From contig CAYGYT010000002.1 of the NCBI GenBank assembly GCA_964354215.1, positions 19,595 through 83,594 of the forward strand: DNA of 64,000 bases, in the 5' to 3' direction. The notes below the pieces were generated by a model. The model searched no databases. It was not told the DNA's origin and saw only the letters and a list, made by a program, of their open reading frames with translations. This DNA is from an uncultured Eubacteriales bacterium. Lineage in GTDB: Bacteria; Actinomycetota; Coriobacteriia; Anaerosomatales; CAVRZR01. The translations under genes and the position numbers were made by a program. Shown here piece by piece: positions 29,336 to 37,949 of the stretch (positions are counted from its first letter, which is position 1; each line of letters begins with the position of its first letter).

Positions 29336-31339
29336 GTGATTATCTCCCTCGACAAGGTCACGAAAACCTTCGGTGACCGAGTCCTCTTTGCCGAGGCAAG
29401 CTTGAGGGTGAGCGCCCGCGGACGCGTCGCGCTCGTCGGGCCGAACGGCGCGGGCAAGACCACGCTCCTCGAAATCGCAGCCGGTGAGCAGGAGCCCGAC
29501 TCCGGAACCGTGACCCTGGTCAAAGACGCGGTCATCGGGTACCTCAAGCAAGAAGCCATCGAGATGGCCGGCCGCTCGGTACTCGCAGAGGCGCTCACGG
29601 CAGCAGAGCATGTGACCTCTCTGGAGCACCGTCTCAAGGTCCTCGAGGAGGACATCTCCTCGGCAGACTCCGGCCCCGATCAGGAGCGCCTCCTATCGGA
29701 ATACGGCCGCTTGCGAGAACGGTTCGAGACGCTGGGGGGCTACACGATCGAAGCGGAGGCTCGGGCGGTACTGACCGGGCTCGGCTTCTCCGAGAGCGAC
29801 TTGAGACGTGACTCCTCCGAGTTCTCGGGCGGGTGGCTCATGCGCCTTGCGCTCGCGAAGCTGCTCCTGCAGCAGCCTGACGTGCTCCTGCTCGACGAGC
29901 CGACGAACCATCTCGACCTCGAGTCCGTCACCTGGCTCGAGGGGTTCTTGCGCTCCTACGAGGGTGCCGTGATCCTCGTCAGCCACGACCGGGCGTTCAT
30001 GGACGGCCTCGTGGACCACGTGGCCGAGATCGACCTCCACCGAGTGACGGTCTATGCCGGTTCGTACGGCGACTACGAACAACAGCGCGCCCTCGCACTC
30101 GAGCAGCTACAGGCCGCCTACGACGCGCAGCAGCGCGAGATAGCGCACATGCAGAAGTTCATCGACCGTTTTCGCTACAAGGACACCAAAGCGCGGCAGG
30201 TCCAGGACCGCGTGAAGAAACTCGAGAAGATCGAACGCATCGAGCTTCCGGAAGGCCGCAAGAAGGTGAAGTTCCGCTTCCCGCAGCCTCCTCGCACGGG
30301 AGAGCTCGTCATGGATCTTCGGGACGTTCGCAAGGCGTACGGCGACAATGTTGTATACGAGGGGATCGACCTAGCGTTGTACCGCGGTGACAAGGTAGCG
30401 CTCGTTGGTCCCAACGGGGCCGGGAAGTCGACGCTTCTCAAGCTGCTCGCCGGAGCGATCGAGCCTGACGGCGGAGCTCGGATTCTCGGCGTGCACGTAG
30501 ACGTGGCGTACTTCGCCCAGCACCAACTCCAGTCCCTCGATATGCGCGCCACCGTGTTCGGCGAGATCGACAACGTCGCTCCCGGGTGGACGCAGGCGGA
30601 GGTACGGAGCCTTGCAGGCGCGTTCCTCTTCACGGGAAACGATGTCGACAAGAAGGTGAGCGTGCTGTCGGGAGGGGAGCGAGGACGGCTCGCTTTGGCA
30701 AAGATGCTCGTCAAACCGGCCCCGTTCCTCTGTCTTGACGAGCCCACCAACCACTTGGATATCGCGTCGAGCGATGTGCTCGAACAGGCACTGCTCGCCT
30801 TCCGGGGCACACTCGCCCTTATCACCCACGACCGGCACCTCATCAGAGCGGTCGCGAACAAGGTGATCGAAGTGCGAGACGGTCGGCTGGTGGTGTTCGA
30901 CGGTGACTACGACTACTACCTCTTCAAGCGTGCTGAACGAGAGAAGGCCGACGCAGATTCAGCGCCTTCGACTCCTCCTCGCGGCACACGTCCCACCGCA
31001 GCTCCCGGTCAGGCACGTCCGGAATCCGATAGTGCGGTCAGCGGACCGAAGACCCGCGAGCAGAAGCGGGCTGAGGCCGAAGCGCGGAACCGTGCGTACC
31101 AAGCGACGCGAGAACGCAAAGAACGCCTCGCTTCGCTCGACGTCCGCCTCCAGGAGGCGCAGGCGCATCACGCGAAACTCTTGGAGCGCATGGCAGATCC
31201 GGCCTTCTATGAGAACCGCGCCGCGTTCTCAGCGGCCATGGAGGAGTACTCAGAGCTCAGAGGGGAGCTTCCTCGGCTTGAGGAGGAGTGGCTCTCCCTC
31301 ACGCAGGAGATCGAGGACCTTGAGTCGAATGAACTCTAG
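29336..31339 (+). CDS. ABC-F family ribosome-associated ATPase
   Basis: Two ABC cassettes ([27 protein letters not shown]; [18 protein letters not shown]), linker, C-terminal coiled coil, no TM. Confidence 0.95.
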   Translation: MIISLDKVTKTFGDRVLFAEASLRVSARGRVALVGPNGAGKTTLLEIAAGEQEPDSGTVTLVKDAVIGYLKQEAIEMAGRSVLAEALTAAEHVTSLEHRLKVLEEDISSADSGPDQERLLSEYGRLRERFETLGGYTIEAEARAVLTGLGFSESDLRRDSSEFSGGWLMRLALAKLLLQQPDVLLLDEPTNHLDLESVTWLEGFLRSYEGAVILVSHDRAFMDGLVDHVAEIDLHRVTVYAGSYGDYEQQRALALEQLQAAYDAQQREIAHMQKFIDRFRYKDTKARQVQDRVKKLEKIERIELPEGRKKVKFRFPQPPRTGELVMDLRDVRKAYGDNVVYEGIDLALYRGDKVALVGPNGAGKSTLLKLLAGAIEPDGGARILGVHVDVAYFAQHQLQSLDMRATVFGEIDNVAPGWTQAEVRSLAGAFLFTGNDVDKKVSVLSGGERGRLALAKMLVKPAPFLCLDEPTNHLDIASSDVLEQALLAFRGTLALITHDRHLIRAVANKVIEVRDGRLVVFDGDYDYYLFKRAEREKADADSAPSTPPRGTRPTAAPGQARPESDSAVSGPKTREQKRAEAEARNRAYQATRERKERLASLDVRLQEAQAHHAKLLERMADPAFYENRAAFSAAMEEYSELRGELPRLEEEWLSLTQEIEDLESNEL

Positions 31340-31353
31340 AGTTCACCGGGGGT

Positions 31354-31394
31354 TTGTAACAATGTTTACAATCGGGGAGCGTTCTCGCTAGAAT
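31354..31394 (+). promoter_or_regulatory. nuo operon promoter (TTTACA-N18-TAGAAT) overlapped by palindrome TTGTAACAATGTTTACAA
   Basis: AT-rich dyad 31354-31371 overlapping the -35; -10 at 31389-31394. Confidence 0.65.
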
Positions 31395-31462
31395 GCGACA
31401 ACCCCACGGGGAGAGGGCGGGGCGGAAACCTTCTTCACCTGCAAGATGCTCTGACCGGCACG

Positions 31463-31485
31463 GTTTGTAACAGCTAGTTACAAAC
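31463..31485. promoter_or_regulatory. Second operator-like palindrome in the nuoA leader
   Basis: Perfect GTTTGTAAC-N5-GTTACAAAC; shares GGTTTGTAACA with the upstream site. Confidence 0.7.
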
Positions 31486-31513
31486 TATCGGACATCGGCC
31501 GCGGGAGGATGCG

Positions 31514-31882
31514 GTGCAGGCGACGGGTTCGTCGGGTTTGCTTTTCGTACTCGGGGCGGCTCTCGCCGCCGCGGGGTTCATCGGCGTGGTCTTCCTCGCG
31601 AACGCCGCGCTCTCGCCCCGCAAGCCGACTCCACTCAAGGTCGAGCCGTACGAGTGCGGCATGGAGCCGCAAGGCTACCCGTGGGGGGTCGTGCGCCTTC
31701 GTTTCGCGGCTATCGCCATGGTGTTCGTCCTCTTTGACGCCGAGAGCGCGCTGCTCCTCTCCGTCGCAAGCGCGCTGCGTGGCTCTTGGGTGGCGGCGGT
31801 TGAGATCGGCGCCTTTGCTGCATTCCTGGCGTTCGGCCTCTTCTACGCGTGGCGAAAGGGAGCGCTCGAGTGGCGCTCGTAG
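31514..31882 (+). CDS. nuoA: NADH-quinone oxidoreductase subunit A
   Basis: [30 protein letters not shown]. Confidence 0.95.
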   Translation: MQATGSSGLLFVLGAALAAAGFIGVVFLANAALSPRKPTPLKVEPYECGMEPQGYPWGVVRLRFAAIAMVFVLFDAESALLLSVASALRGSWVAAVEIGAFAAFLAFGLFYAWRKGALEWRS

Positions 31883-32469
31883 ACCGCCTCGGCGAAGCCC
31901 TGGGCCGCAACCAAGGGGGGCTGATCCTCACCTCCGTGGACGCACTCGTGGGCTGGTCGCGAGGCCAGTCGTTGTGGGCGATGCCCATGGGTACGGCGTG
32001 CTGTGCGATGGAGCTCATTGCCGCTTCATTCAACAAGTTCGACTTCGATCGCTTCGGCACGTTCCCGCGCCCTGATCCGCGGCACACAGACGTTATGGTC
32101 GTCGCAGGAACGATCACGCGGAAGATGGCGCCGGCCGTCAAGCGGCTCTACGAGCAGATGCCCGACCCGAAGTGGGTGGTCGCGATGGGCAACTGCGCGG
32201 TGTCGGGCGGCATCTTCTACTACGACACGTACTCGGTGGTACGCGGGGTCGACGAGTTTCTGCCGGTGGATGTGTACATCGCTGGCTGTCCTCCGCGGCC
32301 CGAGTCTCTCCAGGACGGGATCCTGCGCCTGCGCGAGCTCGTCCGGACTGAGTCGCTTGCCCCGGGAGTCCGTCATGAGCGCACGCTCGTTTTGCCGTTC
32401 GAACCCGACCGCGCCGAGTCCCCATCGGCGATCGAGACAGCGAAGCCGGGGTCGGGTGACAGAACGTGA
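31870..32469 (+). CDS. nuoB: NADH-quinone oxidoreductase subunit B (cluster N2)
   Basis: [43 protein letters not shown]. Confidence 0.96.
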   Translation: MALVDRLGEALGRNQGGLILTSVDALVGWSRGQSLWAMPMGTACCAMELIAASFNKFDFDRFGTFPRPDPRHTDVMVVAGTITRKMAPAVKRLYEQMPDPKWVVAMGNCAVSGGIFYYDTYSVVRGVDEFLPVDVYIAGCPPRPESLQDGILRLRELVRTESLAPGVRHERTLVLPFEPDRAESPSAIETAKPGSGDRT

Positions 32470-32927
32470 AGCTCGATGACCTGCGCGCACACATATGCGA
32501 CCTGCACCCCGATCTGTGCCCGCTCTTCTCGGTGGAGTTCGAGGACGGCACACTCCAGGTCGTGCCGGAGGGTCTTCATGCGGCCGCCGATGATCTGAAG
32601 TCGCTCGGGTTCGACCGCCTCGGCATGGTGACGGCGGTGGACCGGGGGGATGTCTTCACGCTCGTCTACCGCCTCCAGTCCCGTTCGCTCGAGGCGGCGA
32701 TCTTCCTCAAGGCAGACGTTTCGCGACTGGAGGCCCGGATCGATTCGCTGTGTGACCTGTGGCCCGCTGCCAACTGGCAGGAGCGTGAGGTCTACGACCT
32801 GTTCGGCATCGTGTTCGAGGGGCACCCCGATCTGCGGCGGATCATGCTTCCTGACGACTGGGAGGGACACCCGCTTCGCAAGGACTACCACGACGCCCGC
32901 GTGATACCGCGGCCCGACTACATCTGA
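32466..32927 (+). CDS. nuoC: NADH-quinone oxidoreductase subunit C
   Basis: [43 protein letters not shown]. Confidence 0.96.
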   Translation: MKLDDLRAHICDLHPDLCPLFSVEFEDGTLQVVPEGLHAAADDLKSLGFDRLGMVTAVDRGDVFTLVYRLQSRSLEAAIFLKADVSRLEARIDSLCDLWPAANWQEREVYDLFGIVFEGHPDLRRIMLPDDWEGHPLRKDYHDARVIPRPDYI

Positions 32928-33003
32928 TCGCCCGCACCGACACACGGAGCGGCGAAGCAGCCGCACAGTCCCCGAGGGTGGCGCACACGAGAGGAGGGAT
33001 GAG

Positions 33004-34149
33004 ATGGCACTCGACATCGAGACGAGAACGACGGCTGTCGACCAGGACGGTCGCAACGTCGAGGAGCTCGTAGTCAACGTCGGGCCGTCGCATCCGTCCA
33101 CGCACGGGGTCTGTCGCGTCATCGTCCATTTGGACGGCGAGATCGTCACGAAAGCGATCCCGGTCGTCGGCTACCTGCACCGCGGTATCGAGAAGATGGC
33201 GGAGAACCGAACCTACCTTCAGGTCGTGCCGCTGACTGACCGACTCGACTACGTCGGCTCCATGTACGCCAACTGGGCGTACTGTCGCGCCGTCGAGCGC
33301 CTTGCGGACATTCGTATCCCGGAGCGTGCCGAGTACCTCCGCGTCATCACGTGCGAGATGCAACGCATCGCTAGCCACATGATGGCGCTCGGCTCTTCGG
33401 CGGCCGACACGGGCGCCTTCACGATGTTCATCTACGCCTTCGACGTGCGCGAGCGGATCATCGAGCTCTTTGAGGAGCTGTGTGGCGCGCGGCTCACCTA
33501 CAACTACGTGCGTCCGGGTGGTGTGTCCTTCGACGTGCCCGACGGATGGACCGAGCGGCTTCTCGACTTTGCGAGCAACGCTCCGGCGCAGTTCGCCGAG
33601 ATGGACAGACTCTTCTTCGGCAACGTGATCGCTCGCGGGCGACTCAAGGACGTCGGCGTTCTGTCAGCCGAAGACGCCGTCGCCTGGGGTGCGTCGGGCC
33701 CTGTCGCGCGCGGCAGCGGCGTGAACTGGGACTTGAGGAAGAACGACACGTACTCGGTGTATCCGCGATTCGACTTCGACGTCCCGCTCGGCGAGAACGG
33801 GGACTCGTACGACCGGGCGCGCGTTCGCCTGTTTGAGTGCTACGAGAGCTGCAAGATCCTCACTCAGGCCGTCGAGCAGATGGAGCCCGGCCGCGTCATG
33901 GTCGAGGGCCTCCCGCGACTGCTCGCTCCTCGCCCGGGAGACGCGTACGACCACATCGAGTCCGCTCGTGGGTCGCTCGGCGTCTACCTCGTGTCCGATG
34001 GCAGCGTGAGGCCGTATCGCATGAAGGTCCGCTCGCCCGCGTTCTGCAACCTGGCGTTGCTCGGACACCTCGCCCCCGGTCACACGCTTTCCGACCTCGT
34101 CGTGATCCTCGGCTCTCTCGACCCTGTGTTCGGCGAGGTGGACCGATGA
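33004..34149 (+). CDS. nuoD: NADH-quinone oxidoreductase subunit D (quinone-binding; not a [NiFe] large subunit)
   Basis: GPSHPSTHGV, GYLHRGIEK, DRLDY, ESARG, KVRSPAF, GSLDPVFGEVDR; no CxxC Ni ligands. Confidence 0.96.
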   Translation: MALDIETRTTAVDQDGRNVEELVVNVGPSHPSTHGVCRVIVHLDGEIVTKAIPVVGYLHRGIEKMAENRTYLQVVPLTDRLDYVGSMYANWAYCRAVERLADIRIPERAEYLRVITCEMQRIASHMMALGSSAADTGAFTMFIYAFDVRERIIELFEELCGARLTYNYVRPGGVSFDVPDGWTERLLDFASNAPAQFAEMDRLFFGNVIARGRLKDVGVLSAEDAVAWGASGPVARGSGVNWDLRKNDTYSVYPRFDFDVPLGENGDSYDRARVRLFECYESCKILTQAVEQMEPGRVMVEGLPRLLAPRPGDAYDHIESARGSLGVYLVSDGSVRPYRMKVRSPAFCNLALLGHLAPGHTLSDLVVILGSLDPVFGEVDR

Positions 34150-35096
34150 GCTCCCTTCTCTCGGGCGCCTTGTTCGGCCTGCTGGCGGGGCTCGCAATCG
34201 CGCTCGCGGCCCTGATCGGCGTGTGGGCCGAGCGCAAGGTCTCGGCGAAGATCCAGATGCGTATCGGCCCGAACGAGGCGGGTCCGGCGGGCCTGCTCCA
34301 GACGCTCGCGGATACCGTCAAGCTCGTCTTGAAGGAGGACATAACGCCGAGACAGGCGGACGTGCGGACGTTTAGGATCGCGCCGTTCCTCGTGTTCACT
34401 CCTATCGCCGTATCGATGATCGTAATCCCGTACGCCGCTGGGTGGGCTCCCTTCGAGTCCTCCGTGGGCGTGCTCTTCTTCCTGGCCGTGCCGTCGATCT
34501 CGGTGATCGGGGTACTCCTCGCCGGCTGGTCGTCCCGGAACACATACGCAACGCTTGGCGGAATCCGCGGGGCGGCTCAGATGATCTCCTACGAACTGCC
34601 CCGAACCCTCTCAGTCGTCGCCCTGTGCGTGATCGCCGGCTCCATCGCACCGACAACCGTTCTTGGAGAGTGGCGGTGGTGGTGGTTGCCATTGAACCTG
34701 ATCGGCTTTGTCGTGTACTTCATCAGCTCGATAGCCGAGCTCAATCGCGGCCCCTTCGATATCCCTGAGGCCGAGTCCGAACTCGTAGCCGGCTACTTCG
34801 CGGACTACTCGGGCATTCGCTGGGCCATCTTCATGATGGCCGAGTACGGGGGCGTTCTGGCTGCGTCGCTCTTCGGCGCTGCGATGTTCTTCGGCGGCGG
34901 ACTCGGGATCGGCGGGTGGCTCGGCGTCGTGATCATGATCGGCATCGCCGCGGTGATCGCAACGACCATGATTTGGGTCAAGTGGACCTTCCCCCGCATG
35001 CGGGCAGACCAGCTCATGTCACTCGCGTGGAAGGTCCTCACGCCTCTTGCCCTGCTCCAACTCGTGCTGGTGGGGGTGGTGGCGCCGTGGCTCTAG
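34146..35096 (+). CDS. nuoH: NADH-quinone oxidoreductase subunit H
   Basis: ERKVSAKIQMRIGP, GLLQTLADTVKL, RGAAQMISYE, ELNRGPFDIPEAESELVAGY, TFPRMRADQLM. Confidence 0.96.
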   Translation: MSSLLSGALFGLLAGLAIALAALIGVWAERKVSAKIQMRIGPNEAGPAGLLQTLADTVKLVLKEDITPRQADVRTFRIAPFLVFTPIAVSMIVIPYAAGWAPFESSVGVLFFLAVPSISVIGVLLAGWSSRNTYATLGGIRGAAQMISYELPRTLSVVALCVIAGSIAPTTVLGEWRWWWLPLNLIGFVVYFISSIAELNRGPFDIPEAESELVAGYFADYSGIRWAIFMMAEYGGVLAASLFGAAMFFGGGLGIGGWLGVVIMIGIAAVIATTMIWVKWTFPRMRADQLMSLAWKVLTPLALLQLVLVGVVAPWL

Positions 35097-37144
35097 AAGA
35101 GCATGACGAGGTGCGCGTCACCCGCACGATTACCGTTTCCGACGACTACGCTCCCGGAGTGCGCGGTTTCGGACAGAAGTGGCGCTCGCTTCTCACCGGA
35201 ATGGCCATTACCGGACGAAAGTCGGTCGGCAGGCCGACTACGTTGAAGTACCCCTTCGAGAAGTTCGCCGTGTCGCCGAGGTGGCGCGGGGCACTGCGGC
35301 TTCAGGGTGTGCTCGGTCGCGACGACGTACCGCTCCTGCAGGCATCGCCGCCTGAGTACAACGCATCGATCGACGAGGCGTGGCGCGCAGAGCGCCTAGC
35401 GCCGTGTGTGGGGAACTGCCCCGCGAACGTGGACGCACGCGGTCAGAACTTCCTTATGGCGGAAGACCGCACGACCGAGGCCTACGAGCTCGTGCGCAGG
35501 CGCAATGTCCTGCCGGGCGTCTTGGGCAGGATCTGTCACCACCCGTGCGAGACGGCGTGCCGCCGGAACTACTACGACGAGCCCTTGGCCATCCGGCCGC
35601 TTCACCGGCAGGCGTACGAGCGATTCCAGGAGGAACGGCCGGGCGCATTGCAGCCGCTGCCCCGCACGCGAGATCAAGAGATCGCCGTCATCGGCGCCGG
35701 ACCATCGGGCCTCGCAGCAGCCCTGGACCTTCGGACGCTCGGGTATGGCGTTACGGTCTTTGAGAAGGAGAACACGTCGGGCGGCGCTCTATACTCCGGC
35801 GTGCCCTCGTATCGGCTACCCCGGGACGTGCTCCAACGCGAGATCGACGACCTCGTCGAACTGGGAGTGGACATCCGCCACGGTCTTGAGATCGGCCGAG
35901 ACGTTCCGCTCGAGCATCTTCACGGCGAGTACGACGCGGTGCTCATCGCCGTCGGCCTGCAGGAGAGTCGCATCCTTCCCATTCCGGGCCACGAGGCCGA
36001 CGGAGTAGTCGGCGCTCTCGACTTCCTTCGAGCCGCGAACTGGAAGGGCGAAGCCGGCGTGCGCGGCAAGCGCGTACTGGTGATCGGAGGCGGCAACGTG
36101 GCGGTCGACTGCGCGCGATGCGCGCTTCGTGTCGGCGCGTCCGAAGTCCGCCTCGCGTCTCTCGAGTCCGAAGACGAGATGCCTGCCCATCCGTGGGAGA
36201 TCGAAGAAGCGCTCGACGAAGGCGTCATCGCCACGTGCTCCGTGGGACCCGAGGAAGTGCTCGTCGAAGACGGGCACGTCGTCGGTATGCGAATGCGTGA
36301 GTGCCTCTCCGTGTTCGACGAGGTCGGGCGATTTTCGCCCAAGTTTGGCGAGAACCTCACGGACTTTCCGTGCGATGTGCTCGTCTTCTCGATCGGTCAG
36401 GCCGCTACGCTCAAGAACATCGTGGCAGGCTCTGACATCCTGCTTTCGGAACGCGGGCTTCTGCCGGTCGACGGCGCGATCATGACGACCGATGTTGATG
36501 GCTTCTTCGCCTGCGGAGAGGTCGTGACGGGACCCGGCAGCTGTATCGGCTCCATCGCGACCGGCCACGAAGCCGCTACCTCGATCCACCGATACCTCAA
36601 CGCTTCGAGCACCACCGAGGATCGCGTCTATCGACCGGTACCGGTATACGACAGATACGAGCCGGCAACGCTCGACGGCGTCGACGCGAGTCGCCGGCGT
36701 GTCGAGATGCCGATGGCCCGACCCGAAGAGCGCCGCGCGGACTTCCGGCCGGTCGAGCTCGGCTTCACCCGCCTCGAAGCGCTCTCGGAAGCGGCACGCT
36801 GCCTGCGCTGCCAGTCTGAGGTCTGTGTCGGCTGCACGTTCTGCGCCCGGACGTGCCCCGACTACGCGATCCAGGTCGAGCGCGTCGACGATCCCGGCGA
36901 TCGACGCGTCACGCGCTACGACCTCGACTTGACGAAGTGTTGCTTCTGCGGCCTGTGCGCGGAGCAGTGTCCCACCGACGCGCTGCGGCATACCGCCCAG
37001 TACGAACTCAGCTTCTACCACAGAGATCTGGCTGTATTCGATCGCGAGGAGATGCTCCGCAGCGGTGAGGGGACGCGCGCCACCGGTCGTGACGTCGAAC
37101 GAGAGGACGCGGCCGCGCCTGTCGCCGAGAGGAACAGCGAATGA
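35087..37144 (+). CDS. nuoI: NuoI-like subunit with an inserted GltD/DsrL-like FAD/NAD(P)H/2x[4Fe-4S] oxidoreductase module (685 aa)
   Basis: NuoI N-part TTLKYPFEK..PRWRG; insert APCVGNCP, GRICHHPCETAC, GAGPSG, GGGNVAVD, EAARCLRC; NuoI C-part CVGCTFCARTCP..YDLDLTKCCFCGLCAEQCP..YELS..R...FDREEML; occupies the nuoI position between nuoH and nuoJ. Confidence 0.9.
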   Translation: MALEEHDEVRVTRTITVSDDYAPGVRGFGQKWRSLLTGMAITGRKSVGRPTTLKYPFEKFAVSPRWRGALRLQGVLGRDDVPLLQASPPEYNASIDEAWRAERLAPCVGNCPANVDARGQNFLMAEDRTTEAYELVRRRNVLPGVLGRICHHPCETACRRNYYDEPLAIRPLHRQAYERFQEERPGALQPLPRTRDQEIAVIGAGPSGLAAALDLRTLGYGVTVFEKENTSGGALYSGVPSYRLPRDVLQREIDDLVELGVDIRHGLEIGRDVPLEHLHGEYDAVLIAVGLQESRILPIPGHEADGVVGALDFLRAANWKGEAGVRGKRVLVIGGGNVAVDCARCALRVGASEVRLASLESEDEMPAHPWEIEEALDEGVIATCSVGPEEVLVEDGHVVGMRMRECLSVFDEVGRFSPKFGENLTDFPCDVLVFSIGQAATLKNIVAGSDILLSERGLLPVDGAIMTTDVDGFFACGEVVTGPGSCIGSIATGHEAATSIHRYLNASSTTEDRVYRPVPVYDRYEPATLDGVDASRRRVEMPMARPEERRADFRPVELGFTRLEALSEAARCLRCQSEVCVGCTFCARTCPDYAIQVERVDDPGDRRVTRYDLDLTKCCFCGLCAEQCPTDALRHTAQYELSFYHRDLAVFDREEMLRSGEGTRATGRDVEREDAAAPVAERNSE

Positions 37145-37641
37145 GCCTCCCACCCGCCGGCATCCTCGCTCTGGCGATCGCCGCGATCGCGCTTGTCGGC
37201 GCTCTCGTCGTCGTGATGACTCGCGACGTCATGCGGCTCATGCTCGGGCTGGGGGCGGTGCTACTGAGCGTCGCCGGGCTCTTCGCCGTGGCCGGCGCGA
37301 GCTTCCTTGCGGTGGCCGAAGTGTTCGTGTACGTGGGTGGCGTGCTCGTCCTCTTCCTCTTTGCGATCATGCTCGTCCACCGTTCGGATGGCGACGTCCC
37401 GGTTCTCGAGTCCCGCCACGACCTGCTCTCCGTAGTCGTCGCCCTCGGCGCGTTCTTCATGCTCGTGGCGACGCTCGGTCCCGCCGCACGAGCCCTTGAC
37501 CTCGCCGCCATCAAGGGCGGGACAAAGGCGCTTGCAGACGTCCTGCTCGGATCGATGTTGGTGCAGTTCGAAGCGGCCGGCGTGCTGCTCCTTGCCGCCC
37601 TCGTGGCCGTCGTCTCGATTCTGGGGGGAGAACGCCGATGA
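37141..37641 (+). CDS. nuoJ: NADH-quinone oxidoreductase subunit J
   Basis: FLAVAEVFVYVGGVLVLFLFAIML, FEAAGVLLLAALV. Confidence 0.93.
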   Translation: MSLPPAGILALAIAAIALVGALVVVMTRDVMRLMLGLGAVLLSVAGLFAVAGASFLAVAEVFVYVGGVLVLFLFAIMLVHRSDGDVPVLESRHDLLSVVVALGAFFMLVATLGPAARALDLAAIKGGTKALADVLLGSMLVQFEAAGVLLLAALVAVVSILGGERR

Positions 37642-37949
37642 GCATCCTCGTCCTCTCGGCGGCGCTCTTCTGCGTGGGCCTGTACGGCGTATTGGTTCGC
37701 CGAGACATCATCGCCGTGCTCGCTTCCATCGAAGTCATGCTCGCCGGCCCACTCGTTCTTCTCGTGAGCGTCGCCGCTTCGATTGCCGCGGGTGCGGGAC
37801 AACGCGCCCAGGGCGCGGTGCAAGCCGTCGGGCTCATCGTGCTCGTCATCGCCGCTGCCGAGGCGGCCGTCGGCCTGGCCCTTCTCGTTGCCGTCTCGCG
37901 TTCTCGCCGGGTGACCCGGTTCGACGAGCTCACGGAGGTGCGTGGCTGA
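37638..37949 (+). CDS. nuoK: NADH-quinone oxidoreductase subunit K
   Basis: GLYGVLVRR, SIEVML, IAAAEAAVGLAL. Confidence 0.93.
   Translation: MSILVLSAALFCVGLYGVLVRRDIIAVLASIEVMLAGPLVLLVSVAASIAAGAGQRAQGAVQAVGLIVLVIAAAEAAVGLALLVAVSRSRRVTRFDELTEVRG

Noticed and set aside
33004-34149. NuoD as a group-4 [NiFe]-hydrogenase large subunit (Ech/Mbh/Ehr-type)
   Set aside because: No N- or C-terminal CxxC Ni ligands; quinone-site His and Tyr and the complex I C-terminus DPVFGEVDR are present.
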